From Eledone cirrhosa (Eukaryota), in the NCBI GenBank assembly GCA_964016885.1, contig OZ024760.1, forward strand, positions 29,574,001 through 29,638,000: 64,000 bases of DNA. The letters are read 5' to 3'. The notes under the pieces were generated by a model. That model made no database searches and had not been told where the DNA came from. It was given only the letters and a program-made list of their open reading frames with translations. Below, in pieces: positions 1 to 13,993 of the stretch. Each line of letters opens with the position of its first letter. Position 1 is the stretch's first letter. A program made the position numbers and the translations under genes.

Positions 1-312
1 TACATGGTAGTGAGACTTGGGCAGCAACTGCAGAGGATGTGCGACGGCTGAATGAGGCAAGCATGCTCCGTTGGATGTGCAATGTCAATGTGCGTGAACG
101 ACCCAGCATGGATGTGTTGAGAGAGAAACTGTGTCTGAGTGGGATAGAATGTAGTGTGCGAGAGAGGAGACTGTGGTGGTATGGACATGTGATGCACATG
201 GAGGATGACTGATGGGTGAAGAAGAGCCAGTGAAGAGATGCTGTGCTGAATAAGATCCGTCCCACCCTTGCAAGCAGGGAAAAGCAGACGTAAAAATGAT
301 GATGATGATGAT
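1..312 (+). mobile_element. 3' end fragment of RTE-clade LINE with (GAT)n tail
   Basis: Closely matches 36310-36750 ([12 protein letters not shown].., ..gggaaaagc.gacgtaaa.tgatgatgat) with internal deletions. Confidence 0.9.
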
Positions 313-809
313 ACATATATATACACATATATATATCTATACACACATATATATAAATATATATATATACATATATATATATATATGTATATATATATAC
401 ATATACACACATATATATACTCATATATATATACACATATATACATATATGTATACACACACATATATATATATATATACACACACATATTTATATATAC
501 ACATATCCCAGTTTCCTGAGTTGCCTGCTCCTAGAAGAATGCCCTGACAAAGGCTAGGAGTCCTTCACTCCCAGGGGTTTAACCACGCGATTGGGTGTCC
601 AGCCCGACTATTTCTATGTCCCCGTGCATATACATACACATGCACCCATGTATATACACATATACATACACATGTACATGTGTATATACATATTTACACA
701 CCGTCGGACGGGAAGATCTCTCACCTACCTTAAAGTGGGTGGGAGATCTCTCCGTCGGGTGGAAAGAGTTGACAGGTCTGATATATTACACAATACTAAT
801 AAATGTACT

Positions 810-1525
810 TGTAGTGACCTACATTCCGCGGGCTCACATACATTCTACGTGCGTGATTTGGCTCAGCTCAGCCAATCAGCGCCAGAAGAAGAGAATGTAT
901 CCCTATGCGCCCTGTGGGAGAAATTCCTGTGTTGATTTGAGAAATCTCTCTCTTGCATCCTGACCATGCTAATGTAAAGATCACTTATTCTCTTGCTGCT
1001 TGAACGCCGAAGAACCGACACGTACAATATGTAACGGTGAGATTTTCACTTTGGCCTGCCGGCCTGGCACAATGCCACATTCCTTTTGTAACCAGTTAAC
1101 CATGTTTAACTTCAACCATACAATTTAATAAACATTACTTTGTGCTACAATAAAATAAACATATATTTCATCTCACGAACATTCTTCTTGTTGACATTAT
1201 TATCATGTTACTTGTTGTCGATATGACTAACATATACTTCTCATTTATCATGCAACCAACCGCTTTTCTGTCGCCATGAAATCACTAGCCAAAATGAAAC
1301 ACAACAACATAACCACGGCCTGGCAACACTCCAGCCATTAGACCATGCCTTCTGAATTATTAATTCATTTGTTTTATTACTCTCGGCATGCCTGCTCTAC
1401 TCAGCTCACCCTTGTTAATAAATAATGTAAAACAAGCCAAAGTCGTTGTCGATGTTCTTACCACATCTTTCTACCGAACTGGTCACTCATGGCGCTACAA
1501 ACGATAACATATCTTAACTGCTAAA
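810..1525 (+). mobile_element. Probable 5' LTR of a decayed LTR retrotransposon
   Basis: Starts TGTAG, ends ..TGCTAAA (one change from TGCTACA), contains AATAAA motifs and is immediately followed by a PBS-like motif. Confidence 0.55.
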
Positions 1526-1526
1526 T

Positions 1527-1542
1527 TGGTGACCTGACGTGA
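1527..1542 (+). promoter_or_regulatory. Primer-binding site complementary to tRNA-Trp 3' end
   Basis: TGGTGACCTGACGTGA versus expected TGGTGACCCCGACGTGA. Confidence 0.65.
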
Positions 1543-2502
1543 GGAATATTTTAAATACAAAATATTCCTTTTAAAATTAAAAAAATTAGCAGTATTTAAA
1601 AAAAATTTTCGCCACGAGGAAATTTAAAAATGGCTACCACCAAGTACTTCTCTACTACCAGCCACCAGCAGCAAGTAACGCAGCATAGTGACACCTTTTG
1701 TAGTTATACCGCTGCAACTACCACCACAACGAATAGCAGTCACCTAAAGCTTCTGGTGACACATTTACCACTACGGTGAGTACCACAGCTTCGATACGGC
1801 TGCAATGACAACTTCGGCGCCATCAGCAACAGCGCCAACATTGGTTAACCACTAACCATAGACAATGCATGGTGAATTCGACTTCGATTCTACAGAGGAT
1901 TACTGTGACTTTGCATTGATAGCAACAACAACAACTCTACTAGCTTCCTAGTAAGAGCGATCCCAAAGAAATTTCAAAGAAAAGAAAAAGCGAACTTTGT
2001 GTTAAGAAACAATTATTTATTTCTTTTTTTTTACAGGCAATGTTTGGACATTTATCTTTTTTTTAAAACTGCATTATATGAAAATTCATTTTTTTCTCTC
2101 CCTATCATTATATATATGACTGCACGCACACATTGTCTTTGCTGTATTACATGCCTGCATATGCACACACATTTCTTTGACACACACCAACATGTTGTTG
2201 TCCTTAGTTTATGATATTCAAACGTTGTAATATTCTGCAAGATCCCTTCTCACCTTGTGGAGATACCAAAACATGCTATCGACACTTTGCAGCTTAATTC
2301 ACCTGCACCGCAACACGAGAATGCTAATTGCAGCTGGATTCAAACAGTTCGCATCTAGTTGTACGCTCATCGTCCATTAGTAAAACCACCTCCATCTTGT
2401 TACTTTACCCGACTCACTGGGAAAACAACAAATGGAACTGGACCTCTCAGCATTTTCACCATTTCTCCTATGGATTCACCAGAATTATGGAATTTACATT
2501 TC

Positions 2503-2843
2503 AACTACTACCCACCTACAGATTCAACTTGCCTTTTTTCTTTTCAAAGCAACCAGCCATTTTTTCCTGGCTGCCTAGCACTTCCAGCAATTTTGCCGTG
2601 GCGCCTACACGTCCACTTTACAGTGTGGACTGGGTGTTTTTTTGCCGTGGCTCCTCCACAACCACTTTGCAGTGGAATGATAGGTACCCCAGTCCCCAGT
2701 CCCTATCATCTCATTTTTACAGCTGAGTGAACTAGAGCAATGTGAAATAAAGTGTCTTGCTCAAGGAAATAACACATCACCCGGTCTGAGAATTGAACTC
2801 ACAACCTTTCGATTGCAAGGCCAATGCTCTAACCACTAAACCA

Positions 2844-2848
<5 letters not shown>
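2503..2848 (-). mobile_element. tRNA-derived SINE plus shared flank
   Basis: Minus strand has A-box-like TGGTTTAGTGG and B-box-like GAGTTCAATTC; near-identical inverted copy at 14087-14425. Confidence 0.8.
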
Positions 2849-2879
<31 letters not shown>

Positions 2880-2956
2880 ATATACATTATGAAGAGAGAA
2901 GAAACATTTAGATATAATTAGTAATAAAATGTATCATACCTAAACTGCTCCTAGAT

Positions 2957-3046
2957 TCCTCGACTACGTAGTTTCGTGGCATAAACAAAAACAATACATC
3001 ATAAAGATATAGAGTCTCTGCGAGGTCTGCTGACTTATCAAGAGGA
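2957..3046 (-). ncRNA. Type I hammerhead ribozyme, U3-A8 core variant (copy 1)
   Basis: Minus strand: UCCUC-UUGAUAA-[stem II]-GAAACUACGUAGUC^GAGGA; stem I 5 bp, palindromic stem III, GUC site. Confidence 0.7.
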
Positions 3047-3549
3047 TACCTCGTTTTACTAGCTTCAAGAACGCGTCTACATGACGTGAGAAAGAATCCC
3101 AAAAGGCGGAGGGGGAGATAGTCACGCGATATAACGGTCGAGAAACAGAGCTAAGCCTCTTATAACCCCGAAGAAAATACCATGGGGGCGGAGGGGGTAT
3201 TTATATTGAAGCCGTAGAAGAGGTGGTGAAGGAGGAGAGAAGTATGAGTAATGGCAGCTTTCCAGCAGTCACCACACTTCAAAGATTACTCGACCAGAGG
3301 GAGTTATGAACAATATATTTAGAAACACACAGATACATGCGGACACACACATATACATGAATGCATCCACACCCATCCGTGAGTTAATGGTGCCAACCTT
3401 ACCGATGTTGCTCGATGAATGACTGGGACAGACCAATCCGGTTGAATTAGACTGAACCAGTATCAGAGTTAAAAATACATTATGAAGAGAGAAGAAACAT
3501 TTAGATATAATTAGTAATAAAATGTATCATACCTAAACTGCTCCTAGAT

Positions 3550-3639
3550 TCCTCGACTACGTAGTTTCGTGGCATAAACAAAAACAATACATCATAAAGA
3601 TATAGAGTCTCTGCGAGGTCTGCCGACTTATCAAGAGGA
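3550..3639 (-). ncRNA. Type I hammerhead ribozyme, U3-A8 core variant (copy 2)
   Basis: Same fold 593 nt away; stem II base GUCGGC/GCCAC. Confidence 0.7.
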
Positions 3640-3764
3640 TACCTCGTTTTACTAGCTTCAAGAACGCGTCTACACGACGTGAGAAAGAATCCCAAAAGGC
3701 GGAGGGGGAGATAGTCACGCGATATAACGGTCGAGAAACAGAGCTAAGCCTCTTATAACCCCGA

Positions 3765-4109
3765 TATAATATGTATATATATAATATATATATATATATA
3801 AATATATATATAATATATATAATATGTATATATATAATATATATATATATATATAATATATATATATTATATATATAATATAGTATATATAATATATATA
3901 TATAATATATTATAATATAATATATATATATATATATATTATTATATATATAATAATATAATATTATATATATATATATTATAATATATTATAATATATA
4001 TATATATTTATATAATATATATATATATATATATATAATATATATATATAATATATATATATATATATAATATATATATATTATATATATATATATAATA
4101 TATATATAT
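3765..4109. repeat. (TA)n-rich microsatellite
   Basis: Direct inspection. Confidence 0.95.
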
Positions 4110-5338
4110 CATCATCATCATCATCATTTTACGTCCGCTTTTCCCTGCTTGCAAGGGTGGGACGGGTCTTATTCAGCACAGCATTTCTCCACTCATCACG
4201 GTCCCTCGTCATCTCCACCTTGAGCTTCAATGATCTGAGGTCTGTTCTCATCACCTCCGCACATGTTTTTCGTGGTCTACCTCTACCACGTCTTCCTTCA
4301 ACTGGCAATTCCTGGCACTTCTTCACCCATCGGTCATCCTCCATGCGCATCACATGTCCATACCACCTCAGTCTCCTCTTCGTCAATAGAGGAAGCAGCT
4401 CCCTAAACTTCTTCCAACCCGTCCTTATTCTAGATACTATGGCCTCGGAAACACCCTCCTCCCATGCTAATCTGATCTCCTAGGTACCGGAAGCTATCCA
4501 CCACTTCTATAGCGCCCCTCTTGCATTTGAAAAATGTGCCTATCAGTGCGACTTCTACTGTCTAATTTCCCCTGTACATCTACTGCATACATATTTCTCG
4601 CCCTACCTGTTAGTTTTGCCTGCTATCCCGCTACATCTCTTGTGTACCCAGGATCTGCATTGTGTGCATTTTATAGAATTTATGCAAGTTCCTTTTCTGC
4701 ATATCGAACATGGCCATTTCCCTGACGGAATCAGGGTTTTGTCCTCTTTTCTACTCATCAACACTTTTGTCTTAGCTAGATTCACTCTCAGTCCTCTTGC
4801 TTCCAACTGCTGTTTCCATAGCCAGAATTTATTCTCTAGCTCCTCTACTGATTCTGCTATAAGAACCAGATCGTCAGCATAGAGAAGTTCTGACTTTACT
4901 GAGAGTACCTCTGTACAAAGTTTGCACTGTCCTCACAAGCCATTCCTCAACACCTAGCTTCCTTAGGGACCACCAGATGACAGATCGGGGTACCCTATCA
5001 AAGGCCTTCTCTAGGTCAACAAAGGCTAAGTATAGTGGCTTATTCTTCTCTAAGAACCTCTCTTGCAATTGTCTCACCAAGAAGAGGGCATCTGTTGTAC
5101 TCTTCCCAGGCACAAAACCAAACTGCATCTCATCTAGTTTGACCCTTTCTCTAATTAGTTGTGCTAAAATCCTTTCTGCCACTTTCATAACCTGATCTAT
5201 CAGTTTTATACCCCTATAATTGCTCCTCTCCAAAGCATCCCCTTTACCTTTGTAGCAATTTATGAGAATACTGCTGCACCAGTCTTTGGGTATGACACCA
5301 CCATATATAGCCTGATTGATGATGCGTGCAACCAGTTT
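4110..5338 (-). mobile_element. 5'-truncated, internally deleted RTE LINE (same family as 33470-36750)
   Basis: ORF pieces NYRGIKL..FVDLEKAFDRVPR, LYADD, RLRWYGHVMR near-identical to the long copy; (GAT)n tail. Confidence 0.95.
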
Positions 5339-5654
5339 ATATATATAATATATATATATTATATATATATATTATATATATATATATAATATATACATAT
5401 TAAATATATATATATATACATATTATATATATATATATATATATATACATATTACATATATAATATATAATATATATATACATATTACATATATATATAT
5501 AATATATTATATACATAATATTATATATATATTATATAATATATATATATTATATATATATATAACTATATATATATAATATATAATTATATATATAATA
5601 TATATATATAATTATATTATATATATATAATATATATATATATAAATATATGCA

Positions 5655-6300
5655 AAAGTTTTATTTAAGATTGTTGGGTTACAACGAGTAAATATTTTAT
5701 AACTGATATAAAAGCACTCGACAGTTTCTGGAGTAGGTTTACGATATTAAACAAATGGAAACTATATTTATAAAAACCATATTTATTTCGTTATATATAT
5801 ATTTCTGGGATATCATATTAAAAATATGTTATGCCTTCCTCAGACAAAATACAATACATAAGCTGTTTTATAAATAATTAGTGACATACCTTTTGAGAAT
5901 GCAACTTCCTTTTAAAAAAGTTGATTTGGTAGTGAAACTGTTTATGATAGTTATATAGAAAGAAAACGAAGATGAGAAGAAGAAGGTGAAGAGATGTATG
6001 TAAATAAAAAAAGAAGAAGATGAAGAGATGTATGCAAAGAGAAAAGAGATGTATGTAAAGAAAAACAACGGAGCGAGATAGAGAGACAAGGAGAGAGAGA
6101 AATACATTGATGGTGAAAAAAAAACATAGTAGGCTGCATTTTTGACAGATGATCATCGTATATGTGAGAGGTTAAGGGAAGGGATACAGTTAGATTAGTG
6201 TATAGGAGAAAAAAGAAAGAAAAGATGATATATTTAAAATATATTATGTCTCATCCATTTGAATTATCAATTTTTATGAATTAGTCACTATAATGTAAAT
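5655..6300 (-). mobile_element. Penelope-type 3' end/pLTR relic (boundaries approximate)
   Basis: Homologous to 62320-62490 and 63500-63720; carries a hammerhead; abuts (TA)n. Confidence 0.55.
5784..5851 (-). ncRNA. Minimal type I hammerhead ribozyme
   Basis: UAUUUUGU-CUGAGGA-[stem II]-GAAAUAUAUAUAUA^ACGAAAUA; 8-bp stem I. Confidence 0.7.
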
Positions 6301-6397
6301 ACCAGTATTCATGAATGAGGACACATATCTATAATGTGTAAAAAAAAAAAAAAAAAATGACCACATGCTCAGTTTAAAAAATTCTTAGGTCTATAAG

Positions 6398-7970
6398 CAA
6401 AATCTGAGACAAAACTTCAAACATAAGTATATATGCATTCTCGTGAAAAATGAGAAAGAGAAGGTTATCTCAAATTCAAGTTGATAAATAAAGACGCACA
6501 TGTGAAACCTAGGTGATACGCTGCACTGATTCTTATATTTCATGAAAAACTTCAATGTGTCAGAAAAGAAAAACTTCAATGCGTTAGAAGAGATTCCACC
6601 CTACATACATTTACATACATATATACATATATATAAGACACAAAACATATAAGATATACATTAACATCTAAAACAATCATCGATCAAGCATAGAGTAGAC
6701 AACAGATATCAATATTAAAATTAAAAAACGCCAAGAATATCTTCGTCACTCCACAGAGTATCTAGGGACGCAAGAGAACATAGTATTGCCACGCATATTG
6801 GTCATAGAATCAGAGTCAAAGCAAACAGGACCAAAATTGCTCACCAAGCCTTATTTATCAGAAATCATTCAAAACTTATTCTACAAATGCTCTTTATATT
6901 CATTATAGAAGTTTATCCAGCTTAAACATTTATTCAAAAGATTAAACTTCGCTATAATAATCACAAAAATTCTTTCACGGATCCAAATAAAAAATCATCA
7001 ACATCGCTGTCAGGGCTTCTCTGGCAACTTAAGCATGATAAAGTTGGATATTCGATGGTTTGGAATATAGTCTCAAAAGGGATTCCTTTTAATTCCTCTT
7101 CTGAGACTTGTGACCTCTGCGCGGAGGAGATATTCTTTTATATTAAAAATCTAAAAATTCCCTTAATTTACGAACCAATTTATTCAGCTGTTGCAGACAT
7201 AGATTGAACTCAACATTTAAATATAAATATAAATTAAAAATGTAGTATAAAATGTAGTATATTTACTTAAGATATTTGACTATTTGTGATACTTGGCGAT
7301 AAAATCTTTCGATTCGTTTTAATTAATTTTTTTTTTTTTTCTTTTTTTTTCTTTTAAACATTTCCGCATGAATATATAATTAATGAGATTAAATAAACTA
7401 CCCTAAAATTGGCGTTGGTCCCAATCTTTTGAATAAATTTTTAAGCTGGATAAACTTCTATAATGAATATAAGAGCATTTGTAGAATAAGTTTTGAATGA
7501 TTTCTGATAAATAAGGCTTGGTGAGCAATTTTTGGTCCTGTTTGCTTTGACTCTGATTCTATGACCAATATGCGTGGCATACTATGTTCTCTTGCGTCCC
7601 TAGATACTCTGTGGAGTGACGAAGATATTCTTGGCGTTTTTTTAATTTTAATATTGATATCTGTTGTCTACTCTATGCTTGATCGATGATTGTTTTAGAT
7701 GTTAATGTATATCTTATATGTTTTGTGTCTATATATATTGTATATATGTATGTAAATGTATGTAGGGTGGAATCTCTTCTAACGCATTGAAGTTTTTTCT
7801 TTTCTGACACATTGAAGTTTTTCATGAAATATAAGAATCAGTGCAGCGTATCACCTAGGTTCACATGTGCGTCTTTATTTATCAACTTGAATTTGAGATA
7901 ACCTTCTCTTTTCTCATTTTTCACGAGAATGCATATATACTTATGTTTGAAGTTTTGTCTCAGATTTTTG
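6398..7970. repeat. Inverted repeat, arms of about 545 bp (6398-6943 / 7423-7970)
   Basis: Arms are near-exact reverse complements; right arm runs into the N gap. Confidence 0.9.
6938..7235 (+). pseudogene. C-terminal GIY-YIG relic of a Penelope-like element
   Basis: Translates KIKLRYNNHKNSF..TSLS..W.I...CDLCAEE..(frameshift)..CCRH, aligning with the C-terminus of the 11751-13997 frame. Confidence 0.75.
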
Positions 7971-8170
7971 NNNNNNNNNNNNNNNNNNNNNNNNNNNNNN
8001 NNNNNNNNNNNNNNNNNNNNNNNNNNNNNNNNNNNNNNNNNNNNNNNNNNNNNNNNNNNNNNNNNNNNNNNNNNNNNNNNNNNNNNNNNNNNNNNNNNNN
8101 NNNNNNNNNNNNNNNNNNNNNNNNNNNNNNNNNNNNNNNNNNNNNNNNNNNNNNNNNNNNNNNNNNNNNN
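7971..8170. other. Assembly gap (200 N)
   Basis: N run. Confidence 1.
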
Positions 8171-8579
8171 ATCCTTACACATATTTTACAATAATGTGTG
8201 TATAATTTGTATGTGCATACTAAAAAGATGGATGCAAACACAAAATTTCAAGGTTAATATCTCTGTAAGCTTAATGCGCTGATAAGATGCGCAATGATAC
8301 TTATGGAGTCAAGCATATAAATATATTTTTTTCATACTCACACATATCAGTATAATCACACATACATGCGCGTATATGCATAAATATATACATAACCACG
8401 AACATACAAACACACACACTCCCCCACTCACATTTATATATGTGGATATAAAATCATAAGCAAATAGAAATTAAGTCACTCACATAAAACACTGGCACAC
8501 ACATTTCAAGATCAAGATACAGAAATTAGGTGGGAGGGGGGGGGAGGGGTCAGTATTAGATTGTCAGAGCAGACTGCCT

Positions 8580-8888
8580 AATATAAATGTATCTATAAAT
8601 TAAGAAAAATAAAAAAATAAAAACAATAAAATATAATAAATATAATATAATGTACATACACATACAGATATACATACACATACATACATGTACGCGCACA
8701 TAGAGATATTTACGCATACACACATACACACATACGTATACAGTCATACACACACATACACTTACACGAACATACACATACACATATAAAAAGATATATA
8801 TACACACACACACACGCGCAACACATACACACATACACATATATATAAAAAATAGATAATAAAGATATATATCCATATATATATATAT

Positions 8889-8943
<55 letters not shown>

Positions 8944-9032
8944 TATACACATACATACCCATACATCTAAATATACATACACATACATACACACATACAT
9001 GTATATACATGTACATACATATACGCACATCG

Positions 9033-9084
<52 letters not shown>

Positions 9085-9430
9085 TCACATAGACATAAAG
9101 ATACATACACACACAACTTACATACACACGCATATATATATATATATATATATATAGATGTACCTTCATACATAGAATTAGATATATAATCATACATACA
9201 TATGCACCTACTTATATTCATATAAATAAATACATACGCTTCCATATATGTGTATACACATAAAAAACAATACCACCTCACCAAACTCAGACATACAAAT
9301 GAAAATAATAATAAAAAAACGCATATGTATATACATACACACACGCATTAATAGAGATATATATATATACACACATACATACACACACATATATATACAT
9401 ACACACACACATACATACACATACATATAC

Positions 9431-9479
<49 letters not shown>

Positions 9480-9486
9480 TAGACTC

Positions 9487-9519
<33 letters not shown>

Positions 9520-9803
9520 AACATATATATCCACACACTCATACCACCATAAATACACATACAAACACCCACATGTATATATATATATATATCCACATAC
9601 ACACACGTATACATATATATATATATATATATACACATACATATATATATATACATACACACACATAAAAAACAGACATGCACATATATATATATATATA
9701 TATATTTCATTACTCTTATATATACACATAGTATATATACATACACAACCTCACTTATACACATATACATATAAGTTATATTACAATAATAATAAAGAAT
9801 AAT

Positions 9804-9836
<33 letters not shown>

Positions 9837-9976
9837 CATATATATATATATATACATACATACATACACATACATACATACACACAAATATATACATACA
9901 TAAATACACACATACGAATAAAGACATATATTCACACATAGACACCTATATACATATATATATATATATATATATC

Positions 9977-10024
<48 letters not shown>

Positions 10025-10570
10025 CACACACACACACACACACAGACACACATACACACTCACATATATATATATATATATATATATGTGTATGTGAGTG
10101 TGCGCACATACACATATATACACACACACATACAAACACACACAAATACATACATATGCATACGTGCACACACACACACATATATCACATAGATACGAAG
10201 ATAAACATATAAATAGAGAGACATACAAATATATACACAACACATATACACATACATACATACACGCATATACATATACATACATATATACACATATATA
10301 TATTCCTATATACAAGCATACACATACATACACATATATACATATACATACACATATACATACCACACATTCACATACACATACATATATAATACATATA
10401 TATACATATATATACATACATATGTATGTACAATCATATATACACACTCAATCTTACATTCATATTTACATGCTCATATATGTATTTTTATATTTAGAAA
10501 TAAATACCAAAACCTATATAGACACCCACCTACATATATATTCATACATATACGCTTACAAATACAGATG
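8580..10570. repeat. Degenerate (TA)n/(CA)n low-complexity tract
   Basis: Direct inspection. Confidence 0.9.
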
Positions 10571-11750
10571 ATAATAGTATGGGGGAAAGGGGGGGTTTGG
10601 AGAAGGGGATCAAAGTAAATATATGTTTCAAGAAACATATAATATTTTCCGTATCTTAATTCAATGTATGTTCTTACATATTTTCAGTGCTAGGAAATAC
10701 GAAATCTATGCATCTCAAAATAAATAAGTATACCATTAATCATATGTTAACTAAACCAAAGATAGTCAACATATTGATTTCTAAGGTGTAAATTAGTTAG
10801 GTTTATAATATTTGAAGCAGAATTATGAAGTCAAACAGTAGTAGATTATTAATTACATTATAACTAAATTAAAGTTAATAACGTTATGGTATCAATATTA
10901 GGAGATGAATTTAGTAATAGGGAAAAGAAACCCAAATAAAAATAAAATAAAGTATTACATCGGTAGTAGCATATAAATTATATGTTAACTAAATTAAAAA
11001 TTATATATTTATTTCAATAGTATACGTTAATTAGTATATGTTAAATAGGTATACAATACATAAAGCAGATATTGTATTTCATCAATAGCATAATATAATT
11101 ATATGCAAATAAAAATCAAAATTAATACGCATACATATACATATACATACACATACACATATACATACATATACACACATATATATATATATATACATAT
11201 ATATACACATATATACATATATACTCACATAAACATACATACAGATACACATACACAACACACACATATACATATACATATACATATACATATCTTTTTC
11301 AAAAAATTGCACAGAATATATTAACTAGGTATATATCCAAAACACATCCCATTCTATGATTACATGACATTCTGCAATTCGTCTGTACAAGGATACTAAT
11401 TTTAAGCAAATTAAAATTAAAGTTTTAGGTTGATTAAAACTAAAACCAAATAATAAATATATTTCCAAAATGTATATTAATTAGGTCTATAATACTAAAA
11501 ATTCTTTCTCCGTCATTGGATACATGATATTATTTTGTTATATTTTATCTGTAAAAGAATTATAATAAAAAGGTTTAAATAAATTAAAATTAATCTATAA
11601 ATTAAATTACTGAGTATATATTAGTAATATTTAAAGGTTTTTCAAAATTTATGATTACATAATATTTTCTCATCTGTAATAAAATATTAATTAAATTAAA
11701 TTTATAGGTTAACTAACATTTAAATTAAATTAATTTCTAGAATAATGTTA

Positions 11751-13993
11751 TTAATTAGGTTTATAATATTTAAATGTTTTTTTTAGTTTATGATTACACG
11801 ATATAATTAATTCCTGTCGTTTATTTAATAAGATATCCCTAGACTTCATTATTTCAAATAGTTCTTGGGAACATAATCTACATTCCTTTCTATTATTTTG
11901 ATAAGGGGTGGCTCTTTTGAGCACACTCCAGGTCAAATCATATTTTATATTTTTATTTTTATAACTATTGATTTTTTCTGCTAGAGATGTTGTATTAGCC
12001 AGTGCGGCATTTTTAAAGCTATGTTTGTGGGTATTATACCTTGTCTTAAAATTGTTAGAGGTAGCTCCTATATATGAGCAAATAGAATCTTTAGTTTTAA
12101 CATTACATTTATAGACTATGTTGTTAACAAGACAATTCCCTTTTAATGGGCAGTTTGTTTTGTTTCTACAGTTACATCCTTTCGTTAATTCTGTATTTGA
12201 GGAGATATTATTGTTAATTTGATGTACTGGTGGTATACTTATGGTTTTCTTACATTTATATGCATTATATGCACTTATATTTTGTTTTATGTTATTTGTT
12301 GTAGAGTATGAGAATTTAACTGTAGACCTATTTAAGATTTGATGGTATTTGTGGTTTGGCGGGAAGTTTTTCTCAAGGATATAAAAAAATTTTTTAGCAA
12401 TATTATCCTTAACTTGTAAATTAAAAGGAGCATTATACCAAGTAACTCGTCTATTACGGTTTCTATGTTGTTTATTATTTTTATTATTTTTATATGTTGT
12501 ATCATGATTTTTACTAGGAGGATTAATGTTAATGATCTCACCACAACTATTTTTAGTTATATTTGTAGATTTAGGTGTTTTATCTTTTTTATTAGGAGTT
12601 TTATTATTAATATTTATTATAGTTGTATGATGAGTAGTTTTTTGAGGGTTACTATACTTTATATTAGAAGATTTAGTATTTTGGGGTATATTGTGGGTGG
12701 CATTTAGGTGTGTACTTTTCATTTGGTGTTTGTTGGTAATATTATGCTGTATGCTTTCAGTATTTTTAGTAGAAGGTATATACTCTAATCTATTTTTGTG
12801 GCCACTTCTATCTAGAGCTTCATTATAAAAGGTCGCATTTTTATCAAATACATCTTGGTTAGAAGAAAGGTTAGAAATTCTAAGTGATATATTATATGCA
12901 AGGTTATTAAGGATAGATTTAGGGTGATTAGATTGTGAGTGTATGTAATGTAAGTTTTGGTTAGGTTTATGGTAAGGTTGGTATATACCCGTAGCTAAAT
13001 CTAAAGTTATATCTAGGAAATTTACTACTTTACTTGTTTTTTCAAAAGTAATATTAAGATTATAATAGTCTTTAAGGAAAGTTCTAATATGCTTTTTGTT
13101 TTTTTCGATTTCTGAAAGGCTAAGGTTGTTAGAAAGAAGAAGACAGTCATCACGATATAAACCACCTTTGAGGTGGGGAAAAGAGGCATTTATGTTGAAA
13201 AGGAGAAAGAGGCCCACAAGATCAGTAATTTGGGCGGAATCGCTTGAACCCATAGTAATATCAAAAAGATTACTGTATGTGTTTCTGGTCCAGTATTCAT
13301 TCTGAAATTCAATAAGTGTTTGTCTAGCATGTGTAATAATGTTAATGTCATCCGAAGTTAAATTAGATCTATTTTTAGCAAATATTAATGCTTTGTTCAG
13401 GAGTATGGGTGATATAGAAGAATAGTAATTATCTATATCAAATTGTAGGAAAGAAGCAGAAGATTTACACCTAATATTTTTAAACCAATTAATTACCTGG
13501 GAGGTGTTTTCCCAGAGTGGTAAAATAACGTATTTTCTTATTTGTGGGATGACTCTATCTAAAATTTTTTTGCTAATTATTCCAATATCTGATTTGGAGG
13601 GACATATAAGTCTAATAGAAGGATTAGAGTTAAAGTTAGATTTGTGATCTTTCAGGTTGAAGTGTGGTCTTTTCAATGCTAAAGGTTCAGTTCTATCTTC
13701 AATATTTAGTTTTTTTACTATGTTGTGTGTTTTGTTGTTGATGTTGGTGAGTGACACATTATTAGATTTTTTATAATTTTTTCTGAGTTCTTTATATATG
13801 AACTCATTATAATGTTCAATATCCATATGATACAAGTTACCAGTTTTGTCCGAGTGGACATGGATTTTTTTAGACTTTTTTAGGTCCAATAGGGTAGAAT
13901 CAAGGTCCTTTTGAAAGACGGATTTATACTTTTTAAATTTGAGGTGTTTAATTAAATTAAAAAGGTCTTTCTCGAAGTCTTCAAGTAAAAAGT

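Larger units (their letters stand above)
2882..3764 (-). mobile_element. Partial-tandem 593-bp unit (about 1.5 copies): Penelope pLTR or retrozyme-like element
   Basis: 2882-3171 is repeated at 3475-3764; (TA)n on both sides; each copy carries a hammerhead fold. Confidence 0.75.

Noticed and set aside
6476-6520. TTGATAA...GAAACCTAGGT hammerhead-like motif
   Set aside because: The cleavage triplet would be GUG, and stems I and II do not pair
8556-10571. Many Tyr/Ile/His/Cys-rich ORFs
   Set aside because: Translations of TA/CA microsatellites
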